A DNA stretch of 64,000 nt from a candidate division WOR-3 bacterium (GCA_039801225.1 JBDRUH010000001.1:18989-82988), one strand, 5' to 3'. Shown: positions 50,685 to 61,881, counted from the stretch's first letter. Notes: generated from the sequence alone by a model not told the origin. Numbers and translations are program-made.

Positions 50685-50870
50685 CTAATTTGTAATCACA
50701 ACCTTTCTATCTATTCCTGAACCATCTTTTATGAAATAGACACCCGGGGCAAGGTGGCGGATGTCATTTTCACCGGGCATAAGGTCAACCACCTTTTGAC
50801 CGGTAACATCAAGGAGGACCGAAGACCGGGGACCGTGTTCCGTGCCCCGTCTTCCGTCTTCTGTATTGCA
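50685..50870 (-). pseudogene. Orphan T9SS-type C-terminal sorting domain remnant
   Basis: Translates TEDGRRGTEHGPRSSVLLDVTGQKVVDLMPGENDIRHLAPGVYFIKDGSGIDRKVVITN*, with no cargo domain. Confidence 0.75.
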
Positions 50871-50894
50871 AAAATACCTGTAGCAACCAGCAGG

Positions 50895-53437
50895 TTACTC
50901 AGCACCCTCCCGCTGCAGTTCCTGCTCAATCTCTGAGGAACGGCGGCGCTGAAAGCGGTAGTTGTTGAAGTTATAGGTCAAGCCGAGTGTAATAGTCGGA
51001 CCTGGACTCTCAGAATGGTATTCAGTTTTAAACTCTTTGCCTTCTGAAGAGGAATACCATTTTTGTCGGAATGGGTTGGAGACCTCCCCAAATATGTTGA
51101 ACTGCCTCCCAAAGAACTGGTGGTTAAATGTAAGAGTGGCGTGAGAGAATCCGCTTCTTTTCCCTTGGGCAGATATGGAAGGACCGTCAAAAAATCCCTG
51201 GAGATCAATTTGGCTATTACCGATTTGAAAACTACCGGTAATATTTCCGTTATAAGTAAACTCCCTCCGCTGGAGGTCTTTGCCCCTTATTTGATAATTA
51301 AACATTTCGCCACCCAGGGTCAACCGCCACCATTTGAACAGATTGAGGTCAAATCTTATCTCAGCCCCAAGTGCGTAGGATGAGCCGACATTCCTGGGAG
51401 AGGTTATCATTATCTGCCCCGAATCCACCGAAGCGATGAAATCACTCGCGTTGTCGGTGAGTCGGTAAAAAATCTCCGTAGAAACCCGGCTTTCCTTTAT
51501 TGGTAAAAAATATCCGATTTCAAACGAGTGAATAGATGCTGGGTACAGATTAGGGTTGCCCTGAGTCCTGGTCCGCGGGTCGCTCCAAAAGAGATAGGGA
51601 TAAAGGAGTTGAATCAATGGTCGGTTAATCCGACGCGAGTAACTCGCCATCATCTGCTGTTCCTTTGGTAATTGATAGGAAAGGTGCAGGCTGGGGAAAA
51701 AGTCAATCATTTTTAATGGGTAAGTATCTCCTTCATATTGAGCGATAAGCCTCTGCTCCCAGAACTCCGTCCTCAACCCGATTTTACCCTTAAACTTGCC
51801 CCAAGCCCCAGAGATTGTAGAATATGCCCACCGGTTTCTCTTAAGATAATAAGTCTGATGGCAGTATAATAAGTGCACCTGATATTTATTTATGGTCGTG
51901 TCAAGGATGAACAGACTGTCGGAGTGCCGACCGTCATCATATCGCATACCTCCTCCCACCTCAAATTGATTATCTTTTGCAAAGGGAAGGTTGTAATTTA
52001 TCTCTACATTGGTCAATCCCAAATTACTTTCTTGTTTTCTCTCCCAGCCCGCAGTGCAAATAAGCGAATCAAACCTTTCGGTTTTTGAGTAGTAACCTTC
52101 ATTCTTGTGGCTGTAATTTGCCCGTAGGATAAAATTATTTCCCGGTTTTTCAAACTTGTGCTCATAGTCAAAACTGAAAAGGTGGTAAGGTCCAAACCGT
52201 TGAAAGGTATTTTCATTTCGGTAGTTAATAGTATCCTTTCCCGGGGAACTCCACTCAGAAGCCTCGGTCGTAAATGTGCCCTTTGTCTCTCTCTTTCCTG
52301 TTCGGGCATCAAAACCTATTTTGTCCTTCTGGGTAAGTTCAATTGTAAAACCACCATTAATCCAAGGGAAGAGCATTGCCCGAGGCATTTTCTCCTTAGA
52401 CACAAGGTAAATGTGGTCTCATCTTGATGTATCTCGCGCTTTCCTTCGGTTTTGTAGCCTATATAAAACCTGCTATAGCGCGCACCGATATAACCGCTCC
52501 ATCTTCCTCCCTGCCGATAATTTAAGGAAAGGTTGCCACTATAACCTGGGGGATATCCCAATTGAGAGCCACCACTCGCATTAATGAGTCCACTTAAACC
52601 AGGTTGCCGCTGCTTCTTTAATATTACATTGATTATTCCTGTTACCCCTTCTGCCTCATATTTTGCCGACGGGTTGGTGATAATCTCAATTTTGTCAATG
52701 TTTACCGCCGGAATCTGCTCCAGCGCCTCCTTGGGCTCAAGCAGTGTCGGACGACTATCAACGAGGACAATAAAATTTGTACTACCTCGCAAGGTGATAT
52801 TCCTTTCCGCATCAACCTTTACCGAAGGCGCATCCTTCAGGACATCAACCGCCGTCCCGACCGGCGGAGTTCCCATCCGGGCAACATTCAAAACCTTCTT
52901 ATCAATCTCAAAGGTTAACTTTGGACGGGTCTCGGTTACCTCCACCTCCTCAACCGGCACCGCGGTCTGCCGGATGTAAATGTCGCCAAGATTAACCCTG
53001 CCCTTAGCCGCAAGATTGATATCCTCGATCCTTCTGGTCTTATACCCGATGAATGAAACCTCAAGGTAGTAATCCCCAGGTTTGATCCCAGTTATGTTAA
53101 ATCTACCATCCTTCCTTGTGGTTGTTCCAATAACCTGAGAACTGTCCGGCAACTGGTAAAGGATGATTGTTGCATATTCAATCGGCACCTTAAGGTCGGC
53201 ATCATAAACCCTGCCGGTGATGACGCCTGGCATCTGTGGCTGGGCAAAGCCGATGTTCAGCCCAGTCATTGCGAGGAGCAAAGCGACGAAGCAATCTCTT
53301 ACCGTATGATGTAATTGGCACAACCTTTCAGGGCTCGCAAAGACAAGCCTGGAGTGCGGCAGGAAAAATGCCGCTTTAAGGACTCGGGATAGATTTCTAT
53401 CCTCCATTATCCTGCTTACCTTTGCCGGTCTAATCAT
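50895..53437 (-). pseudogene. TonB-dependent receptor split by a frameshift near 52400
   Basis: 5' ORF has a carboxypeptidase-regulatory-like domain and plug (IEIITNPSAKYEAEGVTGIINVILKK); 3' ORF is the barrel (SYSRRINRP, GNPNL.P, LGLTYNFN); frames differ. Confidence 0.8.
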
Positions 53438-53472
53438 TAACTCCTTTCCCAGAGAAACTCTCCGGCGGCGTG

Positions 53473-53942
53473 TCAAAGGCACCCCGACTGTAAAATGGAG
53501 CCGTGCGGTGGGAAAATGGCCGTTTCTTGCCTTCTTCGCTCGCGCTCCTTCAAAACCAAATCCCACATCCCCAAGAGAAGTAAAAGATACGCTATCCAAC
53601 TTGTAAATTTGAAGAAATTCGCCATAACAATCGCAACATCTGTGGACCACCACTTCCATATTGAAAGACTAATCCTGTACCACACGAAAACCAATAGGTA
53701 GTCAACAAGTTGAATGGTGAGCGAGATCCCCGAGCCCATCATCAGCCAGAAAATCAGGCGATTGTGACGTCTTTGCAGAAATGAGAAACCGATACCCCTC
53801 AACCCGACGATTCCATTGCATATCGCAAGGGCTTTAGTATACACCGCCGCTCCCTGGATAACCAGAATTCCCGATAGGCAGAAACAGTTGCCCAAAGGTC
53901 ATTATGGACGTCTGGGGCAATAACCCTCTTAATGAAACTCAT
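53473..53942 (-). pseudogene. Hypothetical membrane protein, possibly frameshifted at its 5' end
   Basis: Hydrophobic ORF 53473..53895; the RBS-preceded ATG at 53942 is in a different frame. Confidence 0.35.
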
Positions 53943-54173
53943 CACTTACTCCCGAACATCACCAAAAATATAATGCCAATTCATTCTTGTGTCAAGTGGG
54001 CGCATCGCCTGAATTCCTCCGGCAAAATGCAAGGCTAAAACCTTGCCCTACAGCCCCAATCCAATGTAGGGCACTCTGCCCGATTCGGGCAGGTCGCTGT
54101 GCGACTACCTTCAGGTTTGCATATGATAAAATTCCCTTGACTTATTTTAAGGGGAGAATAGTCTATTATTTCA

Positions 54174-55448
54174 ATGGCTACAGTGGTAATCGTTGGACGC
54201 CCCAATGTCGGGAAATCAACCCTTTTCAACCGGCTGGTTGGCACTAGGGTTGCCATTACCCGAAAAGAGCCGGGGATTACCCGCGACCGGCTGATTCAAC
54301 CTGCCCAGTGGCAGGGTAAGGATTTCTGGGTTATTGATACGGGCGGTTTTGTTCCTGATTCCTCGGTTGAAATGGAAAGAGAAATTGCCCGGCAGATTGA
54401 GATTGCCTTAGCGGATGCCCAAGTGATTATTCTGGTTGTTGATGGCGCTAGCGGACTTTTGCCATTAGATGAGGAGATTGCCCGCCGTTTGCGGCGCGAG
54501 GGTAGGAAATTCCTTTTGGCGGTGAATAAATGTGATATCAGAAGAAATTTTGACGCCAATGAGTTCTACCGTCTCGGCACAGCAAAGATATTTATTATCT
54601 CCGCCGAGCACGGCACCGGCGTAGATGAACTTCTTGATGAGGTTATCCAGCACCTTCCCGAGACAAAAATTACTCCAAAAACCGGGATCAGTCTTGCCAT
54701 CCTTGGTAGACCGAATGTGGGCAAGTCAACCCTGCTCAATCGGCTGCTGGGTAAGGAAAGGGCGATTGTTACACCTTTGCCGGGAACTACCCGCGACGCA
54801 ATAGAAGATTCTTTTGAATTTGATGGTGAACAATTCCGGGTAATTGACACCGCCGGCATCAGGCGTCGCAGCAAAATTGAAGAGCCGGTGGAATTTTACT
54901 CGGTCAGTCGGGCAATTGACACCATCAATCGCGGCGATATCGCTCTGGTAATGATTGATGCCACCGAAGGTCCAACCGCTCAGGACAAACGGATAATCAG
55001 TCTGGTAGAAAAAAGGGATAAGGGGCTGGTAATCGTTGCCAACAAAACCGACCTGATTCCTTTAGAATTGAAAAAGAAGGTTGAAGAGTATATCAGCGCC
55101 CGGTTGCAGTTTGTCAATTATGCGCCGCTGGTATATACCTGTGCAGTGAAGGGAAAAGGTGTCTGGGAGGTGGTGCGCCAAGCAAAGGCGGTTTATTATT
55201 CTGGTGCGATGCGGCTGAGCACCACCTTCCTTCGGTCTACCATCCTTAATGAACTTAAAGAGAACCCTCCCGCCTATAACTGTCGGGTCATCGGGATTTC
55301 CCAGACCGGTATCCGACCGCCGGTTTTTCGTCTCCGCCTGTCCAATCCGTCAACGGTGACAACCCGTTACCAGCGCTATGTGTTAAACCTGCTCCGGAAA
55401 CATTTCCGTTTCACCGGTTACCCGCTACGACTCAAGATAACCAGTTGA
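54174..55448 (+). CDS. der: Ribosome biogenesis GTPase Der (EngA)
   Basis: Two GRPNVGKST G-domains, DTGG and DTAG. Confidence 0.97.
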   Translation: MATVVIVGRPNVGKSTLFNRLVGTRVAITRKEPGITRDRLIQPAQWQGKDFWVIDTGGFVPDSSVEMEREIARQIEIALADAQVIILVVDGASGLLPLDEEIARRLRREGRKFLLAVNKCDIRRNFDANEFYRLGTAKIFIISAEHGTGVDELLDEVIQHLPETKITPKTGISLAILGRPNVGKSTLLNRLLGKERAIVTPLPGTTRDAIEDSFEFDGEQFRVIDTAGIRRRSKIEEPVEFYSVSRAIDTINRGDIALVMIDATEGPTAQDKRIISLVEKRDKGLVIVANKTDLIPLELKKKVEEYISARLQFVNYAPLVYTCAVKGKGVWEVVRQAKAVYYSGAMRLSTTFLRSTILNELKENPPAYNCRVIGISQTGIRPPVFRLRLSNPSTVTTRYQRYVLNLLRKHFRFTGYPLRLKITS

Positions 55449-55451
55449 GAT

Positions 55452-56531
55452 ATGAGACGCCGCAACTGGCTCTGGCTATTACTCGCTATCGGTGGTGGTC
55501 TCCTTTTCCTCCTTACCCTCTTTTTTTACTTTTTTGGACACCGCCCTTACCGGATTGTCCCAACCGCCCTCCAACCCGGACCAAGAGGCGAGATAAATAT
55601 TCTCATTATCGGCAAGGATGCCCGCGCCCTCAATCCGGCTCAGGACCAGGGTGGTAAAACCCGAATTCCCCGGCAAAAGGATGCCCATTCTGACATCGTA
55701 ATTGTCTGCCACATCAACCTTAATCTCTGCCGGGTTAGTCTCCTGGCAATTCCCCGTGACCTTTTGGTGATTGTCCCCGGTGTTACTTCTGCCCAATCAA
55801 ACACCGACTTTAATCAGATGGAAAAAATCACCCACACCTATGCGATGGGTGGCGAGCCATTGCTCCGGCGGACAGTGGAGCACCTCTTGGGTATTAAGAT
55901 TCATCGCTCCATCGCCTTTGACTTTGACACCTTTCGGATGATGTTCCGGCTACTTCGTTCTATCATCGGTCCGATTAAAATTGGCACGCACGGTCTTCAA
56001 GACCCAACTCAGGCGCTAAAGTTCGTTCGCCAGCGGAACGGTCTTCCCTATGACGACCTTGACCGCTGCCGGAATACATTGAATTTTATCTATACAATTC
56101 TTTTGCGCACCTGGCGATTCGTCGGCACGCGTTTCGGTGATATGCTCATTGACCAAACTCTCAAAATAGTCGGAAGCGATACCGACTTCACTGCGGAAGA
56201 AATAAAGCAACTTGCCGGCGAGTTGCGTAACAAGCGGTTTAATCCGGTTGACACCCGCCGGGCGGTTTTAGTTAGCGAAGGCAGACCGGTTACCCTTGAC
56301 CGGTATGCGATGACTCTTTCCTGTTATTTGCCGATTTACCCCGAGATGGAAAAGCAGATAGAGCATTACCTCTTTGACCGGGATGATATTTCCGCAATGG
56401 ACTTTATGACCCAGCAGGCTTACCACTGGCCAGAATATATGACTGTTGATTATGACCTTTTACCCGATTATCACCATGATACCTTAAGGCGCCAAGAGTT
56501 AGTGAGAAAAATCCTAAATCTCTCTCCTTAG
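55452..56531 (+). CDS. LCP (LytR-CpsA-Psr) family protein
   Basis: TM anchor, INILIIGKD, HSD, AIPRDL, ALKFVRQR...DLDR. Confidence 0.85.
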   Translation: MRRRNWLWLLLAIGGGLLFLLTLFFYFFGHRPYRIVPTALQPGPRGEINILIIGKDARALNPAQDQGGKTRIPRQKDAHSDIVIVCHINLNLCRVSLLAIPRDLLVIVPGVTSAQSNTDFNQMEKITHTYAMGGEPLLRRTVEHLLGIKIHRSIAFDFDTFRMMFRLLRSIIGPIKIGTHGLQDPTQALKFVRQRNGLPYDDLDRCRNTLNFIYTILLRTWRFVGTRFGDMLIDQTLKIVGSDTDFTAEEIKQLAGELRNKRFNPVDTRRAVLVSEGRPVTLDRYAMTLSCYLPIYPEMEKQIEHYLFDRDDISAMDFMTQQAYHWPEYMTVDYDLLPDYHHDTLRRQELVRKILNLSP

Positions 56532-56568
56532 ACGGCAGACGCTCCTCGGGTTTAGATGTTCTCTTTTG

Positions 56569-59154
56569 TCATAAAAAGGCTTGAATTTCCTTACGGAAGG
56601 TCTCTTGCCCCTCTGACAACTTTGCTATTAAACCGCCACCCTCAGCAATGCTGGACCGGCCGCCACCGCCGCCGCCCAGCGCGCTACCTACCGTCTTGGC
56701 AAGCCTTCCTGCCGGTAATCTCTCTTCCAGCCCCCTACTGACGAAGATAACATAACGGAGCCTTGACTCCCTCACCCCACCGCTCAAAAGCCCAATATAT
56801 TCACCACTAAGCAACTCTCTGACCCGGTCAACAATAAGCCGTAACTCCTCAACTTCAAAATCGGGAAAATGCCCAACAATCACCTTTACGCCCGCAATCG
56901 TTTGGGCATTCTCAATCAGCGCCGGCGCCTCCTTGCCGGCGAGTTCGCCTGACAACTGCCGGACTCGGGCATTGAGGTTCTTCACCTCAACCCTTAAATC
57001 CTCAACCTTTTTCAAAAGCCCATCTTCGGTTACACCCAAATTTTCTTGCAAGCGGGCTAAAATCTCCCGCTCCTGGTTCAGTTGCTCAAACGCCCGCTTG
57101 CCGACCAATGCCTCAATCCGCCTTATCCCGGCCGCCGCCCCCGTTTCCGCAACAATCCGGAATATGCCAATCTCCCCGGTCCGGCGGAGATGAGTTCCGC
57201 CGCACAACTCCATTGAGAAATCACCTATCCGCACCACCCGCACCTTCTCGCCATACTCCTCACCAAAGAACGCCAGCGCGCCCATTCGCTTCGCCTCTGC
57301 CAAAGGAACATCGGTCAATCGCTCAACCGGCAAATCCTGAATTATCTGCTCATAAACCATTCTCTCCACCGCCAAAATCTCCGCCGGCTTTAAAGGCTCA
57401 AACGCGGTAAAGTCAAACCGCAGTCGGCCCGGTTCAACTAATGACCCCTCCTGCTTTACATAATCGCCCAAAACCCGGCGCAATGCCGAATGTAAAAGAT
57501 GGGTGGCGGTGTGTGCCCGCTCAATCTCTCTTCTTCTCTCTTTGTCAATAACTGCCAAAACCGGACCGACCTTCGGCTCGCCCTTTTTCAGTTTTGCCCG
57601 GCTGAATCGGACCTTATGTTTGTAATAACTGTCAATAATATCAAACTCAAACCCCTCACCCCTTACCCGACCGGTATCGCCAACCTGCCCCCCCGCCTCG
57701 GCATAAAAGGGTGTTTCGCGCAATAAAATCTCATAACTCCCATCCTCCTGCCGAACAAAACTTACCAGTTCGGTATCGGTCTCATCAACATCATAACCAA
57801 CGAACTTTCCGGCAACCGGCACTTCAGCGCCTACCGCCATCCCTTCCACACCACTAACAATAAAGGTTGCCTGCCGGCTCCTTTTCCGTTGCTCACTCAT
57901 CGCCTTTTCAAAACCGGTGATGTCCAGTTCCACCCCCGCCTCTTGAGCCAACTCCTTGATAAGTTCAATATGAAATCCGTAGGTGTCGTGCAGTTTAAAC
58001 AACTCCTCGCCCGGAATTACTCCGCCACTCCGGTAATCTTTTAAAACTATATCCCACCTTGCCAACCCCGCCTCTAATGTCCTTAAAAATCGCTCCTCCT
58101 CGGACTTGATGACCAGCGCCGCCTGCTCCCGTTTTGCCACCAGTTCCGGATAAAACTGCCGCATCAACTCAACCACCGCTGCCGAAATTCGGTAAAGAAA
58201 CGGCTCCTTCAGCCCCTGGCGGTAAGCAAAAACCAGGGCTCGGCGCAAAATATTCCGCAAAATATAACCCCGCCCCTCATTTGACGGCAGAGCACCATCA
58301 GCAATTGCAAAGGTCAATGCCCGGGTGTGGTCGGCAACAATATAAAACATCTGCCGGCTTTTCTCGTTTAAATCCAACCCCGAAATGTCCCGTATTGCCT
58401 TGACAATTGGGGCAAACAGGTCGGTCTCAAATATGCTTTTCTTCCCCTGCGAGACCATCGCCAGCCGCTCCAAGCCCATACCGGTGTCTATCCCGCGATT
58501 CTTCAAAGGCTCTCGGGTCCCATCCGGTAACTGATTGAACTGGGGAAACACAATATTATAAACTTCACTAAATCGGTCACAGTCGCAGCCGGGCGCGCAA
58601 CCTTTTTTACCGCAACCAAACTCCTCGCCCAGGTCGGCATAAATTTCTGAACAGGGACCACACGCGCCGGTACCGCCGGCCGGACCCCAGAAGTTGTCCT
58701 CCTCGCCCAGCCGATAAATCCTACTTTCGGGCAAACCCACCACCTTATGCCAAACCTCATACGCCTCCTCATCCTCCTTAAAGACTGAAACATAAAGCCG
58801 TGCCGGGTCAAGTCTTACCACCTGAGTCAGATACTCCCATGCCCAAGGTATCGCTTCTGCCTTAAAATAGTCGCCGAATGAAAAGTTGCCCAGCATCTCA
58901 AAAAAGGTGCAGTGCCGGGGTGTCTTGCCCACCCGTTCCAGGTCTGAGGCGCGCAAACACTTCTGAATTGAGCACGCCCTTTTATAAGGTAACTCCACCG
59001 CGCCCGCCCAAAGCGCCTTAAACTGCACCATTCCGGCGCTGGTGAAGAGGAGCGTCGGGTCATCGCGTGGAATCAAAGAGGAACTCGGAACAATTTTATG
59101 CCCCCTTTGGGCATAGAACTCCAAAAATGTCCGACGCAACTCCCGATGATTCAT
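56569..59154 (-). CDS. alaS: Alanine--tRNA ligase
   Basis: DPTLLFTSAGM, FFEMLGNFSFGDYFK, GPCSEI, DTGMGLER, HTATHLLH, ELCGGTH, GGGGG. Confidence 0.98.
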   Translation of the reverse strand: MNHRELRRTFLEFYAQRGHKIVPSSSLIPRDDPTLLFTSAGMVQFKALWAGAVELPYKRACSIQKCLRASDLERVGKTPRHCTFFEMLGNFSFGDYFKAEAIPWAWEYLTQVVRLDPARLYVSVFKEDEEAYEVWHKVVGLPESRIYRLGEEDNFWGPAGGTGACGPCSEIYADLGEEFGCGKKGCAPGCDCDRFSEVYNIVFPQFNQLPDGTREPLKNRGIDTGMGLERLAMVSQGKKSIFETDLFAPIVKAIRDISGLDLNEKSRQMFYIVADHTRALTFAIADGALPSNEGRGYILRNILRRALVFAYRQGLKEPFLYRISAAVVELMRQFYPELVAKREQAALVIKSEEERFLRTLEAGLARWDIVLKDYRSGGVIPGEELFKLHDTYGFHIELIKELAQEAGVELDITGFEKAMSEQRKRSRQATFIVSGVEGMAVGAEVPVAGKFVGYDVDETDTELVSFVRQEDGSYEILLRETPFYAEAGGQVGDTGRVRGEGFEFDIIDSYYKHKVRFSRAKLKKGEPKVGPVLAVIDKERRREIERAHTATHLLHSALRRVLGDYVKQEGSLVEPGRLRFDFTAFEPLKPAEILAVERMVYEQIIQDLPVERLTDVPLAEAKRMGALAFFGEEYGEKVRVVRIGDFSMELCGGTHLRRTGEIGIFRIVAETGAAAGIRRIEALVGKRAFEQLNQEREILARLQENLGVTEDGLLKKVEDLRVEVKNLNARVRQLSGELAGKEAPALIENAQTIAGVKVIVGHFPDFEVEELRLIVDRVRELLSGEYIGLLSGGVRESRLRYVIFVSRGLEERLPAGRLAKTVGSALGGGGGGRSSIAEGGGLIAKLSEGQETFRKEIQAFL

Positions 59155-59250
59155 ACCTATCGCCCGCAATCAGTTCTTCGTTTATTGTTCATAGTTAACA
59201 GTTTAACCAAAAACTAACCAAGAACCAAAACTCACTTTCGCCCAATTCTT

Positions 59251-60315
59251 TTATTCAACCGGACCAAAAACGAACTCACCCCTTTTGTTTATATAAGCAC
59301 CCTTACCTTCTACCGCTACCGGCGCCAGCGCGCCGAGGAAATCTCCCACCGCACCAAACTTTGGTTCAATTACTATCTTACCGGTGGTGTCAATATATCC
59401 ATACTTCTCACCTATCTTAACATAGGCAAGACCTTCAAAGAAGTTTCCACAATGCTTAAACTGAGGCTCTATCACATATTTACCGGTGGTGTCTATGTAA
59501 CCCCATTTGCCTTTTTCCTTTACCCGAGCAAGTCCCTGAAAAAACATTCCCGCCTCTTCAAACTTCGGTTCAACGACAAACTTCCCGGTTCTGTCTATGT
59601 AACCCCATTTGCCGGTCACCGTATCTCCTATCATTACTGGCGCCCGACCAAAAGAGAACTCCAGCGCCTGGTCAAACTCGCGTCTGATGGCAACTTTTCC
59701 GCTGGTGTCTAAAAATCCCCACTTGCGCGGTTCCAGATTACTGAACAGAGCCAGACCTTCGCGAAAGCGACCCAGTAGGTCAAACTGCGGCTTGATGAGA
59801 TATTTGCCCTTTTTGTCAATAAATCCCCACTTGCCGCTCTGGATTCCACCTACCCTCACCTGAGCAAAACCTTCAGAAAAAGGCATTGCCATACTAAACT
59901 GTGGTGGGATGACAAATTTACCTTTTTTGTTTATATAGCCCCATTTTTCCTTCACCATCACCCCGGCAAGCCCTTCAGTAAAAGGCAAGACGACATCAAA
60001 CTTTGGTTTGACAACCACTCTGCCGGTGGTATCAATGTAGCCCCATTTCCTATTTGCTGTTGAGATGTAGGCGAGACCATCCGAAAATGGTCCCACCGCA
60101 TCAAACTGCGGTTTAATGACAAAATTACCGGCGGAGTCCAAAAACCCCCACTTACCTGCTACGCCTCCCACCCTTGCCGGAAACAAAGTGGTGCGCACCG
60201 CTTCTGGTTCAGGATAAAGTAAAGGTCGTTTGAAGCAACCGGGTAAGGTAAGAATAAAAACCAATATAAAAGAGGCGCTAATAGCTGCTAACTTCCTCAC
60301 ATCATCTCCTTTCAT
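59251..60315 (-). CDS. WG-repeat lipoprotein
   Basis: Lipobox LPGC; repeated KWGYIDTTG..VI.P.F....F.EGLA. Confidence 0.9.
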   Translation of the reverse strand: MKGDDVRKLAAISASFILVFILTLPGCFKRPLLYPEPEAVRTTLFPARVGGVAGKWGFLDSAGNFVIKPQFDAVGPFSDGLAYISTANRKWGYIDTTGRVVVKPKFDVVLPFTEGLAGVMVKEKWGYINKKGKFVIPPQFSMAMPFSEGFAQVRVGGIQSGKWGFIDKKGKYLIKPQFDLLGRFREGLALFSNLEPRKWGFLDTSGKVAIRREFDQALEFSFGRAPVMIGDTVTGKWGYIDRTGKFVVEPKFEEAGMFFQGLARVKEKGKWGYIDTTGKYVIEPQFKHCGNFFEGLAYVKIGEKYGYIDTTGKIVIEPKFGAVGDFLGALAPVAVEGKGAYINKRGEFVFGPVE

Positions 60316-60436
60316 TCCGAAGACGGCAGCCCGGTTTAGGTTAAGGTTAAGGTCAAGAATGTAGAACGCTGTGCGACTACCTTCAGGTTTGCTTTCCTCA
60401 TCCTCAACCTGCTGACGGGCGGTGCGAATTCATTCT

Positions 60437-61138
60437 TCACCGAATCACAAAACTGGCAGAGACGGTAACTTTGATCTCTTTGTTGCGAGTGGTGGTGCTG
60501 AAAATGCCGTAGTCGCTCACTTCGGTAGAGTAGGGTTCGGTAATCTGGAAGACACCCTGGCGCGCCGAGACAATTTTACCCAGCCGGGCATTGGCGCTTT
60601 TAGCGATCTCCTGCGCCCGTTTGATCGCATCCTGGGTGGCTAAGGCGAGCAGTTCCTTTTTCAACTCCTCCATTCTGGTATAGTTGTATTCCAGATAGGA
60701 GTTTTCCAGCAAAATTTCCTTCTCAAAGATGAAATCGGGCGAGCGCGCCAGACTCTCAATCTTTGCGATGTTCTGAGAGATGACGGTGAGAGACTGGCGG
60801 ATGGAAAAACCGACCTGCCTCCCTCCGTCCCAGAGCGGGTTTACCGAGGGCGGTTGGATGGTAATGGCGTTTGGGTCAATGCCGTAGTTAGTTAGGGCGG
60901 TGGTAAGGGTGGCGAGGTTGTTTTTTAATGTTTTATAACCGGCGCTGATACCGGTGAGAGGGGTGCTGGTGGTTATGGTAAGATTCCATTTGACAATGTC
61001 CGATTCAAAGCCTTTGGTGGCATAGCCGGTTACTTTAATGGTGTGCTCTGGCTTTCTCCCGACATAAAAGAAGATGCCAAGGATTATTGCCGAAATTATA
61101 ATCGCAATGCTAAAGAGACCGATGTTTCTTATTGGCAT
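60437..61138 (-). CDS. SIMPL (DUF541) domain protein
   Basis: TIKVTGYA...SD...W, ATQDAIKRAQEIA, ARQGVFQIT, VTVSASF. Confidence 0.88.
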   Translation of the reverse strand: MPIRNIGLFSIAIIISAIILGIFFYVGRKPEHTIKVTGYATKGFESDIVKWNLTITTSTPLTGISAGYKTLKNNLATLTTALTNYGIDPNAITIQPPSVNPLWDGGRQVGFSIRQSLTVISQNIAKIESLARSPDFIFEKEILLENSYLEYNYTRMEELKKELLALATQDAIKRAQEIAKSANARLGKIVSARQGVFQITEPYSTEVSDYGIFSTTTRNKEIKVTVSASFVIR

Positions 61139-61218
61139 AATTGCTCCTATTTGTAGGAGATTAAATAAATTTTGGATAAAGTCAAGTAGGACAAACTTTT
61201 AGGAATCCCTTCGTAAAG

Positions 61219-61314
61219 TCAAAAGCCAAATCTCAAATCTTTTGACCCCTCGGCTCGGTCATTCCGACCGAGCGAACGGTGAGTGGAGGAATCCCTTCGC
61301 TCGGGGCAGGCTTT
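61219..61314 (+). repeat. Composite palindromic repeat, copy 2
   Basis: Near-identical to 6926..7022. Confidence 0.9.
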
Positions 61315-61350
61315 TTGTAATTTGACTCTGAGGCGGGTGACCGCTGGGCT

Positions 61351-61881
61351 TCACTCAGGCGAAAAACTGTAAAGCCCCTTCGGGTTTGTCAACAGCAGTT
61401 TCCGGCAAGTGCCGAGGAAGGTGAGGCAGGTTTCGGTTTTGTAGTCCGGATAGGTCCAGAGTAGAGGTTCAAACCTTCCCTTATGGTAAATCAGGGTTAC
61501 CTCGGCATAGATACCTTCACCAAGGCAGACACGGTGAGCATAGTCTTTGGTTGTTGCCAGGACAAGGTTGTGGAGGGTTAAAATACCCGGGTCAAGGTTC
61601 AAGGTTCGCCTGCCTTGCTCATCCCGAAAGGCGTTTTCTATGGTGATGGTCCTCTTCTTAAAGGCGAGCAGGGAGTCAGGCGCAACTAATGGTGAGTGAC
61701 AGACCCAGCACCGGGTTATATCTGGTCCCAACTCATCCTCATAGTAGCGGGAGAAGTTCCAGGAAAGGTTCGGGCTCTTGACAATGATAGGACCAAACTC
61801 CTGAGTTAGAACCGGTTGCACTTGATTAATGAGGTCAGGATGACGGGCAAGAATTCCGATAATCAGTCGGGCGGGCTTCAT
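61351..61881 (-). CDS. DUF4416 family protein
   Basis: YYEDELG, RTLNLDPG, LATTKDYAHR, GIYAEVTL, WTYPDY. Confidence 0.85.
   Translation of the reverse strand: MKPARLIIGILARHPDLINQVQPVLTQEFGPIIVKSPNLSWNFSRYYEDELGPDITRCWVCHSPLVAPDSLLAFKKRTITIENAFRDEQGRRTLNLDPGILTLHNLVLATTKDYAHRVCLGEGIYAEVTLIYHKGRFEPLLWTYPDYKTETCLTFLGTCRKLLLTNPKGLYSFSPE

Noticed and set aside
53987..54256. Short ORFs upstream of der
   Set aside because: They span a REP doublet and the der promoter/start; shadow ORFs
59251..60315. DNA-level repeats as a diversity-generating or array system
   Set aside because: Explained by ordinary WG protein repeats; no reverse transcriptase or template/variable repeat pair seen
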